From positions 32,001 to 96,000 of the IMG/VR virus record IMGVR_UViG_3300007775_000001: a stretch of 64,000 nucleotides of DNA; one strand, given 5' to 3'. The translations under genes were made by a program, and so were the position numbers. This document shows positions 52,568 through 61,800 of this stretch, one piece after another. The number at the start of each line of letters is the position of its first letter. The stretch's first letter is position 1. Below the pieces are notes generated by a model, which saw nothing but the letters and a program-made list of their open reading frames with translations, was not told where the DNA came from and did not search any database. This stretch comes from a virus.

Positions 52568-55500
52568 CCTGTTGGCGAAAGCTGGCATTCGGGTCGGCAA
52601 TCCAGCGGAGCGGCGTTTGATCAACGATGAGCCTTCTCATCGATTTGTGGTCAAGGGCTTCAAGAATAGAGGAAGCGTCTCTCGTGCTGGTTCTCAGTCC
52701 AGCCCCCGCGAGAATTTGCTTCGAAGTCTGGGCATTCCGGACGAGGGTGCTCTTGAGAAGGCTACTCTGTACGGGAACGATGGTGATCTGGAGTACGTTC
52801 CTGATACGTACACGGGTCAGGATGTGTATCATCAAGACCCGTACAACGAGGTTCAGGTGACACGTCAGGAAGTGCTCGATACGCATGGTGAGCATTTTCA
52901 CAGCGATATCGATCCAGATGTGGAGCGCATTTTGAGTGAAGTTACCGAAGCGGGAACACACTTCGACTACACTCGTCAGTTCGGTCGTTCGATGGGTGCC
53001 TTCGATGGTGACGATGATGGTGATGACAACACAGAAGGTAAAGAGGAAGAAGAGAAGTCGAAGCTCAAGGCCAAGGATGTCAAGAAAGCTAGAAGAAGTG
53101 GCCCTGGTTCCCGTGGTGGAAGGGTAATTGGTCATACTCGTTCTGGCAAACCGATCTATGACAACAGTGCGAAAAATCACAGTGGATTCACAAAAGAAGA
53201 TCATGCCGATGCTCGTGATCTTCATACCTCTATCCATGAAAAGATGCTCGAAAGAGTGATGCATGGTGGAGAGTTTCCATCTGATTCGGCCATACTGAGC
53301 ACAAAGGCCAAAGATTATCATGCTCGTTTGGCAAAATCTGAATCAGACGATGAAGAAGAAAGCGACGAGGAGCCAGATGATGATGAAGACGATCAGGAGA
53401 AGTCTCTGTCTGGCATTTTGGATGATCTGATCAAGGGAGAGGGTGAAGGTTCTCGTGGTGGCAAAGTGATTGGTCATACATCGAGTGGGAAACCAATCTA
53501 TATCCACGAGCCGAATTTGGGTACTTCTAGTGCTGGTGGTATCCATGGAAAGAATTATAAGGGGTGGAATTGGAAAGATCATGAAGAAGCGTATGCTGCG
53601 CATTCTGCCGCTGCTAATTCTCTCGTACAGAAGCATGGTGGGTATCCAAAAGGTGATGATGCAAAGACTTATGTGCAGCATGCTCACAACAAGGATGCAC
53701 ATTACTTTTGGGCAAAAAAGACTGGTCATCCTGAATTGAACAAAAGCCTGGGAAAGTCTAGTGCCGGGGAGGGTTCCAAGGGTGGTCAGGTGATCGGCCA
53801 TACCCGCTCTGGCAAGCCGATCTATGCTCACGATTCAGCGATCTATGCCCATGGCACAGGCGCTTTCAGTGGGTACAGCAAGGGTGATCACTTTGATGCC
53901 TACACGCGCCATTCAAACGATCTGAAGTACAAACGTGGTCGTAGTGGGAAGAAGAACTTCTTGTCCGCGATGAAGCTCCATTCGCAGGCTTACTACGCTG
54001 CGAAGAGCGAGCGTGATCCAGACCTTCCAGACTTTTTGAAGTCGAAGAGTGGCGAGGGCTCTCGTGGTGGCAAGGTGATTGGTCACACACGGTCTGGCAA
54101 GCCGGTCTATGAGGGTAAGGCGGCGTCTAAGTATTCTGATTTTTCACGTCAGGATCACAAAGATGCTGCTGCCCAACACATGCGTCATTGGCATGATGAT
54201 GACTCAGAGAGTGCGGACGGGAGTGATCAAATTTCGGTCGATCATGATCGATTGTCTTTGACTCCAGAGCAGTTGAAGAATCGTGATGCCAAGCGCCGTG
54301 GTGTTCTTGGCAAAAAGTCTGTTTCTGTTCTGGACGATTTGGTCAAAGCTGTAACTGGCGAGGGCTCCCGTGGTGGTGTGGTTGTGGGTCATACATCGAG
54401 TGGCAAACCCATCTATCAAGGTGAGACTCATTCGACACGGATTCACACTACGACTGGCGAAGAGACTTCCCATGTGAATTCGTACATCCAGCATGCGGGT
54501 GATGAGAAACCGTATGGTGGTGAGAACTACCACGTTTTCTATCAACGCAAGGGTGCTCAAACCCAAGGCGACAATGAGACTGATGCGGATCGGGATTACG
54601 TTGGGTATGTGATCCGCCACAAAGACGAGGGCATATGGTCTGGTCACCCTGAGATCACGAGCATGAGTGCTTACAAGCAGGCGAAGAACTTCAAGACCAG
54701 AGGCGAAGCTGAACACCATATCCTGAGCACCTATAAACGGTATCAGGAAGCGTCGAAGCCGAAAGATCAAAAAGCCGCTAGCGTCCAGGAGGCGAACGAT
54801 CTGTACAAGGCTTTGATGGATATCTCGTTGAACAAAGCCACCGATGCCCAAGAAGACAAGGTGCATCAGGTGATGCGCGAATTCAAAGAAGGCACGCTTC
54901 GTTCGGGGAGCAAGACTGGCCCGAAGGTCAAGAACCGGAAGCAGGCGATTGCCATTGCCATGAATCAGTCTGGGCAGTCGAACAAGTCTGACGATGAGGC
55001 GAGCGATCTTCTCAAGAGCAGAATCTTCCCCATCGGTACAGTTCATACGTTCAGTGATGGCAAGCAGTACAAGAAGGTCGCTAACAACGAGTGGCACCCT
55101 GTTAAGGGAGAAGGCCCACGTCGATATGACTACGCCGCTGCTGTTGACCACAACAGCAAGATCGAGGTTGGTCAACATGTCCGTGTAAATTGGACGGCTG
55201 GGAGTTTCGGTCACTACACGGGCAAGGGCACCGTGACCAAAGTCAATGCCAAATCTGTAGCGGTGGCATTGGATGAACCCGTTGCTGATCAAAGTGGCCT
55301 TGGCGGAAGTGGCTATCCCGCTGGTCGTCGAATTGTTGTTCCACGGGCTGACATGTTCAGTGGTGCAAACTCCAAATGGGCATGGCACAACGGAGTTTTC
55401 CCGGTTCATGGTGAGGGCAAGAAGTCGAGTATCGATGAATTGCTCGATCTTGTGAAAGCTGGCTCATCGAAAGAAGTTGCGCCAACTTCTACACCAACAA

Positions 55501-56039
55501 GAAGGACTGTTCCTTCCGCGCGCAACTCGTTCATCAAAGCGGCTGGCCCTGGAGGAGTCCTGTTCGATTTTGGTCATCTGACCGGGAACCTTGCTGCCGA
55601 CAGATATTCCGAGCTTGCCAATCAGCATGCGGAGCCGCAACAGGCTGCAATTCTGAAGTCTCAGAAAGCTGAGTACGATCAGGCTCTCGTGGAGTATGTC
55701 ACTACTGGTCGTACGAGAGAACAGGATGTTTCTCCACAACAGGGTGCAGATGTTCAGAAGTCAGATGAGCAACATGGTGCTCAAACGGCCGATGTGTCAA
55801 AGCCGGTCTTCATGGGCGATTTTCGGACTCAGTTCGAGAGCAAACAGGCTCGTGTTGGTAGTGAGGTCGTGAAGGCTCAGTCTGAGACCGACCAAGCTGT
55901 GATCGAGATGTTTGGTAAGAACCTGGGTGATGCTCCAACCGATATGACCATGGCTGGGAAGACCCCGGTTGTTCTCGATCTGGCTTCGGGAGCGGCAATC
56001 GACATGCAGAGCGGCGAGCAGATTCAACCTGCTGAGTAA
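52554..56039 (+). CDS. large repeat-containing modular head-region protein
   Basis: Five GxGSRGG.V.GHT.SGKP.Y repeats, DUF6496-like segment, SH3/KOW-like segment; ATG 52554 after GGAG. Confidence 0.8.
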   Translation: MAHDDLLAKAGIRVGNPAERRLINDEPSHRFVVKGFKNRGSVSRAGSQSSPRENLLRSLGIPDEGALEKATLYGNDGDLEYVPDTYTGQDVYHQDPYNEVQVTRQEVLDTHGEHFHSDIDPDVERILSEVTEAGTHFDYTRQFGRSMGAFDGDDDGDDNTEGKEEEEKSKLKAKDVKKARRSGPGSRGGRVIGHTRSGKPIYDNSAKNHSGFTKEDHADARDLHTSIHEKMLERVMHGGEFPSDSAILSTKAKDYHARLAKSESDDEEESDEEPDDDEDDQEKSLSGILDDLIKGEGEGSRGGKVIGHTSSGKPIYIHEPNLGTSSAGGIHGKNYKGWNWKDHEEAYAAHSAAANSLVQKHGGYPKGDDAKTYVQHAHNKDAHYFWAKKTGHPELNKSLGKSSAGEGSKGGQVIGHTRSGKPIYAHDSAIYAHGTGAFSGYSKGDHFDAYTRHSNDLKYKRGRSGKKNFLSAMKLHSQAYYAAKSERDPDLPDFLKSKSGEGSRGGKVIGHTRSGKPVYEGKAASKYSDFSRQDHKDAAAQHMRHWHDDDSESADGSDQISVDHDRLSLTPEQLKNRDAKRRGVLGKKSVSVLDDLVKAVTGEGSRGGVVVGHTSSGKPIYQGETHSTRIHTTTGEETSHVNSYIQHAGDEKPYGGENYHVFYQRKGAQTQGDNETDADRDYVGYVIRHKDEGIWSGHPEITSMSAYKQAKNFKTRGEAEHHILSTYKRYQEASKPKDQKAASVQEANDLYKALMDISLNKATDAQEDKVHQVMREFKEGTLRSGSKTGPKVKNRKQAIAIAMNQSGQSNKSDDEASDLLKSRIFPIGTVHTFSDGKQYKKVANNEWHPVKGEGPRRYDYAAAVDHNSKIEVGQHVRVNWTAGSFGHYTGKGTVTKVNAKSVAVALDEPVADQSGLGGSGYPAGRRIVVPRADMFSGANSKWAWHNGVFPVHGEGKKSSIDELLDLVKAGSSKEVAPTSTPTRRTVPSARNSFIKAAGPGGVLFDFGHLTGNLAADRYSELANQHAEPQQAAILKSQKAEYDQALVEYVTTGRTREQDVSPQQGADVQKSDEQHGAQTADVSKPVFMGDFRTQFESKQARVGSEVVKAQSETDQAVIEMFGKNLGDAPTDMTMAGKTPVVLDLASGAAIDMQSGEQIQPAE

Positions 56040-56041
56040 CC

Positions 56042-57799
56042 ATGGGAATCATTCAGAAAGCTGGTCGATATATCCTGGGCGAAATCGCTGGGATGAGACC
56101 CGATATGGTCAAGGCGGGTCTCATGTCTCCGGATTCGTCTGCCTACGATCCAAAGACATCCCTTGTCGATCCTCTCTCGTTTCAATCGCTCAGTGCATTT
56201 GGGTATCGAGAGAAGTTCAGTCTTCTGGATTACTCCCGGTTGCGGGCGATCAGCTTGAATGATTCGGTGGTTGCTGCTGTGATTCAAACCCGGTTGAATC
56301 AGGTGGCTGGGTTTGCCACGTTGCAGGCCGACAAGCATACGGGTGGTTTCACGATCCGTATGCGAGACAGGGACAAGAAGCCAAACTCTGCTGCTCAAAA
56401 GCGTATTAAGGAATTCCAGGAGTTCATGATCAACTGTGGTGTGCCTGAGCAGTTCGAAGACACACCGGAGCGTAAGCGTCGTGACAATTTCGACACCTTC
56501 TTGCGCAAGTTGACACGGGATTCTTTGACGTATGATCAAGCCAACTTTGAGATAACGCCAAGAAGGAATGGGATGCCGTACGAGTTCGGTGCGGTAGATG
56601 CCTCTACTATTCGGCTCATCCCGGACAAGAAGGAATTGATCGATCAGTTCAACAACGAGCGTGCAGCACAGTATGCTCTTCAGACGATGAAGGATACGAT
56701 CAAGGTTGCTGAGAATTCTGGCAAGGTCTTCAAGCCCCGTCATCCGAAGTATGTCCAGGTGATCAATGGGATCATCAAGCACGACTACGATGAATGGGAG
56801 ATGGCGTTTGGTGTACGCAACCCCCGGACAGATGTAATGTCGTATGGGTATGGATTCAGTGAGATCGAAATGCTGGTGACGATCATCACTGCACACATGA
56901 ATGCGGAGACCTACAACCGGAAGTTCTTCACACAGGGGACAAACGCCAAGGGAATTCTCCACTTCGAGGGTCAGGTTCCGCGTGATCAACTTCAGGAGTT
57001 CCGGCACCAATTCCACATGCAGGCGGCTGGAATCGCCAACTCCTTTAAGACCCCGATCATTGCGACGGCAAAGGAAACTAAGCTTCAGTGGATGGACTTC
57101 CAGAAGTCAAACCGCGAGATGGAATTTGGGCGGTGGTTGGAATACTGCATCAAGGTTGTCTGCTCTGTTTACCAGATCGATCCGATTGAAATCGGATTCG
57201 ACATCTCTCGAATGGGTTCGGGTGCATCACAGGGCGGTGGGTATGGGATGGGTGCCAGTGCTGGTGACCCGACTTCCAAAATTTCGAGTTCTCAGGACAA
57301 GGGACTCAAACCATTGCTGCGCTTCCTCCAATCGCTGATCAATGACTACATCGTTTACCGATTGGATGCGGACTTCGAGTTCGAATTTGTTGGTCTCAAC
57401 GCGGACTCTGATAGCGAAGCTCTGGACAAGATTGGCAAAGAGGTCAAGACATTCAAAACGATCAACGAGGTCAGGGCGGAGCAGGATAGACCTGCTTTGC
57501 CTCCTCTTGATCAGATTGAGTCTCCTGGTGATCTGCTTCTCGATAGCACTCTTCTTACTATTTGGGGACAAGAGAGACAGGCAAAACAACAGCAAGACAT
57601 GATGGCTCAGCAAGGGCAGGACGGTGGTGATGGGAATCCCGTTGGCGAAGATGAGCAGCCTGATTACCAGAACATGAGTGATGAAGACCTTCAGCAACAG
57701 TACAAGAAGTTGCAGGAAGGCGGCGGTGGTGGTGGAAGCCTTTCCCAAGGTGGCGTCAACAAATCGATGCCCCGGTTGACTCGCACACTGAGACTGTGA
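56042..57799 (+). CDS. portal protein
   Basis: RDSLTYDQ..VDASTIR; YGFSEIE..YNRKFF; NREMEF..YQIDPIEIG; SQDKGLKPLL; TINEVR. Confidence 0.93.
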   Translation: MGIIQKAGRYILGEIAGMRPDMVKAGLMSPDSSAYDPKTSLVDPLSFQSLSAFGYREKFSLLDYSRLRAISLNDSVVAAVIQTRLNQVAGFATLQADKHTGGFTIRMRDRDKKPNSAAQKRIKEFQEFMINCGVPEQFEDTPERKRRDNFDTFLRKLTRDSLTYDQANFEITPRRNGMPYEFGAVDASTIRLIPDKKELIDQFNNERAAQYALQTMKDTIKVAENSGKVFKPRHPKYVQVINGIIKHDYDEWEMAFGVRNPRTDVMSYGYGFSEIEMLVTIITAHMNAETYNRKFFTQGTNAKGILHFEGQVPRDQLQEFRHQFHMQAAGIANSFKTPIIATAKETKLQWMDFQKSNREMEFGRWLEYCIKVVCSVYQIDPIEIGFDISRMGSGASQGGGYGMGASAGDPTSKISSSQDKGLKPLLRFLQSLINDYIVYRLDADFEFEFVGLNADSDSEALDKIGKEVKTFKTINEVRAEQDRPALPPLDQIESPGDLLLDSTLLTIWGQERQAKQQQDMMAQQGQDGGDGNPVGEDEQPDYQNMSDEDLQQQYKKLQEGGGGGGSLSQGGVNKSMPRLTRTLRL

Positions 57800-58365
57800 T
57801 GAAGAAAATCATTCGCGATGCATTCTCGTATGTTGAGTACAAGGGGAAGACTGCGCCGCAAGAGCGATGCAGTACTTGCTTCTATGGGACGTTTCCAGGA
57901 AGTAAGTGCTCGTTGTACGAGGCTATCAATGGGTTGATGCCCGAAGCATGGAATCTCGAAGATACCGTGAATCCAAACGGAGCATGCAACGCTTTTACTG
58001 ACAAGGAAGTGACAAAGGCAGTGATTAGACGTGATCCGATTTTTGTGCTGAAGGCTGGTGGCGAGGGTTCTCGTGGTGGCAAGGTGATTGGTCACACATC
58101 GAGTGGAAAGCCGATTTATGGAGATAGTCATTTGAGAGGTACGCGGGAATGGTCTGAGCGTGACCATTTTGAAGCGTATCACGTTCATGGTAAGGCGGAT
58201 AGACCGGGTTCTTCGCTTGAAGACGCTAGACTCCATTCTGCCGCAAGGTCTTATCATCTTAGTGAGGGTAGTAAGGTTGGTGGAATCAAGAATGATGGGC
58301 CACATAAAAGACATCCTTGGTTCACATCAAGCGGTCAACGGAAACGGTTTATGAGCAGATCATGA
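57796..58365 (+). CDS. HiPIP-like 4-Cys domain fused to the GEGSRGG repeat module
   Basis: CSTC..C..VNPNGACNAF then GEGSRGGKVIGHTSSGKPIY. Confidence 0.65.
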   Translation: MMKKIIRDAFSYVEYKGKTAPQERCSTCFYGTFPGSKCSLYEAINGLMPEAWNLEDTVNPNGACNAFTDKEVTKAVIRRDPIFVLKAGGEGSRGGKVIGHTSSGKPIYGDSHLRGTREWSERDHFEAYHVHGKADRPGSSLEDARLHSAARSYHLSEGSKVGGIKNDGPHKRHPWFTSSGQRKRFMSRS

Positions 58366-58589
58366 TCGAAGTCAAGATCAGTGCGGATACTCAAGAGGAG
58401 TTCGATGCCAAACGTGCCGATCTTGCCAAGGCTGTTATCGGCCCGAAGGCTATCACCCCTCGAAAGGCTTATCATCGGTATCAGAACGACTTGCTGGACT
58501 ATGTGAACGCACTATACCTCAAGCGTATAGCGCAAATGAAGCGAGAGATCGATGTTGTGATCCGGCGCGCCCAGGCGCGAATCCAATGA
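58362..58589 (+). CDS. hypothetical protein
   Basis: ATGA coupling. Confidence 0.6.
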   Translation: MIEVKISADTQEEFDAKRADLAKAVIGPKAITPRKAYHRYQNDLLDYVNALYLKRIAQMKREIDVVIRRAQARIQ

Positions 58590-58819
58590 AGATTCTGCTG
58601 ATGATCACTGTGGTGGCGATGTCGGGTGTCAAAGCTCCTGCAATCAGCTTCAAGAGCATGTGTGATGCGATTGATCCTGAAGCTATCACGCTCATCACAA
58701 TTCGGCCTTTCAGGGACGCACAGAATGGGACTGTTATTCCAGGCGTTGTCTACCAGTGTGTGCGGATCACGGAAGGTGAAGAGAAGGGCACCAAACCTCA
58801 AAGGAAGCAGAAGGCATGA
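58586..58819 (+). CDS. small protein with hydrophobic N-terminus
   Basis: ATGA coupling on both sides. Confidence 0.5.
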   Translation: MKILLMITVVAMSGVKAPAISFKSMCDAIDPEAITLITIRPFRDAQNGTVIPGVVYQCVRITEGEEKGTKPQRKQKA

Positions 58820-61800
58820 GCAGTTTCTACGTAGAAACTGAATCTGTTTCCAAGGGTGGTCGAGAGGTTGCTTCCGTTGCGGTGATGAGCGGGTCGAATC
58901 TCTTGATGGGCCGCCGCAAGGATTCTGGCGAGTGGACTTTGCCGGGCGGTGGATTGGAACCGGGCGAGAAGCCCGAAGAAGGGGCCAAGAGGGAGCTTTT
59001 TGAGGAGGCAGGGGTCAGGGTAGGGCAGCTCCGATATCTGGGCTCCAGGCGCGTTAAGGGCGTTCCTGATAACGATCTGATCACGGTGCATGCCTTCCTG
59101 GTGCATCAACATGGGAAGGCAACTGTCCGAAACGATCCTGACAAGGAAGTGAGCCGGTGGTCATGGATCGATGTGAGCAACGGTCTTCCGAAAGCGATTG
59201 AAGATGAACTTCACTCCCCACGGAACGTGGTTCTCATGATGATGGGTATTCAGAAAGAGCCAAAACCGTCCCTGGTGATTCGATCTGACCTGGGGCCTAT
59301 CGACCTATCCAAGATGTATGGAGGAGGGGTTGGAGAGGCTTCTGACAGCGAATTTGGTACCTATTCTGGCGGTGGTGGGAAAAAGCCGGGTGGCCCTGGT
59401 TCTCGCGGTGGAAAGGTGATCGGACGTACACGGTCTGGGAAACCGATCTACGAGAGCGCATCCCATTATGGTCACAACAGCTTCTTTGCGGAAGAGCATC
59501 TTCAGGCTGCTGAAGCGCACAAGCATCATGCAGGGAGTTTGCTTGAACACATGAAGGGCAACCTTCATGGGAATACTTCGAATTTCAAGACGCTGATGGG
59601 CAAGATTGAAGCCCACATGACTGAGGCCGATGAGCATCGGAAGAAAGCTGGAACCGCTCCAAAAGCTCCCCGCAAGAAGGCCGAGCCGGCCAAGAAGGAG
59701 TATCGCTATGCAGCTTCCGTATTCGATGATTCGGATATCATCAAGAGTCTGGAGGCCATAGTTAAGCATGTCGAAAAGCCCGGTTCTCGTGGTGGTCATA
59801 TCATCGCCTGGAGAGATGGCGAACCGATTTATGGAAAGGAGCAGCCAAAAGTTAAACGTAAGGTGGCTAGTGCTACAGTCAAATACACAACAGCATTGAG
59901 TCCTAGTGGGAAGAAAGAAAACGTGGCTGTTCATTTGAATCCATCCGCTGATGATTTGGCTGAACATATTCCAGCCGGTGCAAGAGCGTGGCTTCTGCCG
60001 GGTGGAAATTTGTATGTCATGGACAACAAGAATATTTTGCATCTTTCTGCTATCGAGTCTGTGATGAATTCTGGATTCATCACCAAGCAGCAATTCAGAG
60101 ATATCATCCCGCCAAAGAGTTTCTTGAGTGATACCGATCCTTCTGAGGGTATCATGTTGGAGAGAGTTGGTAATTCCAATATGTTTGTGTTGGGTGAATC
60201 TTATGAAGGCGGTGTTCCGGAGGGTGATGAGCTATCTGACATCAAGGATTCGATCAGAGCTTTCAAGAAAAATTCAAAAGGCGTGATCATCCGGCCAAGT
60301 AGTATTAGAGATTTCAATGTCGAAGACTACTTGCATATGAGCTTCGATCAAGAAGAATTTGATCTGTGGAAGGCGGATGATAAGATGATTTCCACTCCCC
60401 AGAAGGGGATGGTTAAAAAGCATGAACATCTTGTCCGCGTCCCGAAGACACCAAGCCATATGAGCTTTTTTGTGAAGGCTGCTCCAGGAGAAGTCCGCCC
60501 TGGTCACAAGTATTTGCGACGGTACAGACGGAATGATCAGTGGGTATACGTCTATCGCGAGCCAGAAGGTGATACCCGTGAATTGAACGAGGAGGCTATG
60601 TCGCTTCTTCACCATCTTGCGGCGCGTGGTGACGAAGATGCCACGTATCTTCTGAACAACCTGAAAGAGAAAGCGGCTGACGAGGTTCTTGATCGTGAGT
60701 TGAATGGCACGGAACGTCATGATGTTGTGCAGATGATTCGGAACAGTCTCGATCAGAATGTGTTCCGATATTTGAATCAGTATACTACGAGCCCGTTCCA
60801 TCAAACGCTCACACGGAATCGTGTGACGTTGGATTCCGTGATGTCTCAGGTTCAGGGACAGACATTGCGCGGTCTGCTGACAAGTTATCACAACGCCCTG
60901 CGAGATGTGGATCGGGCTCATTCGACATTGCAGATCACGAGTTCTCAGAACACTGATGCTCGCGGTGCGGGTGGTTATGCAAATCTTGCGTACAACAGAG
61001 CCTTGCAGGCGTTGGAGACTCGTACTGCGTTCTTGCCAGCGCGCTATTCCGAAGTCCATCGGAGAGGTACACGGAGCGGTTCGAATGATCTTGAACCGTT
61101 TGTGAACACTCAAGAGATACGAGAAGCCGCTGAGCGCCAAGAGCGAGAGCGTCAAGCTGCCGAAGCTGAACGCGAACGACAAGCCGCTGAAGAACGCGAG
61201 CAGATCATGGGTGAGTATCGCACCAAGATGACCGGTGCGATCATCGATCATCTTGATCCTAGCGTTCATGTTTCTCCTGACAAGATTGCGACCATCCATC
61301 GTGCTCTGAAGAACATGTTCGGTGGCAATGTTCCTACACGGGAACAGTGGCCTTACGACTTTTCACAGTATGGGTACAGGGTCAAGATTTCTGATGTGGC
61401 CGCTGACAACAATACCATCTCGTTCGCACTGAGCGCGACCAACGCTTCTGGAGAGCAAGTCACTCGTTCATGGCGTCGGAATTGGCGGAACAACGGTGGT
61501 CATCCAGCGATCTACAACGCGCTCCTGGAGACCTATCCATCCGCTCGTGGGACTGGCCCTGAGATTGGCGAGTTGATCAACAAGGCTCAGAACAAGTTGA
61601 TGCATGAGACCGATCCTGACCATGGTGTGATTGGAGTCTTCGCTGCAATGACAGTGGGTGGCTACAATTGGGCCAATCAGGGCTTCAGATTTGATCGGGC
61701 AAGTGGTGATCGTGGTGTGGTTTTGATGCAGTTTAGGAACTTCCTGGCTGAGCATGGGATCAGATTGACAGACGAGGAACTGAGTCACTTCAAGGAGCCA

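Noticed and set aside
53100-54416. CRISPR array or DGR reading of the ~60-bp DNA repeats
   Set aside because: The repeats are in-frame with synonymous variation and irregular 290-340 bp spacing; no cas or reverse transcriptase gene is present.
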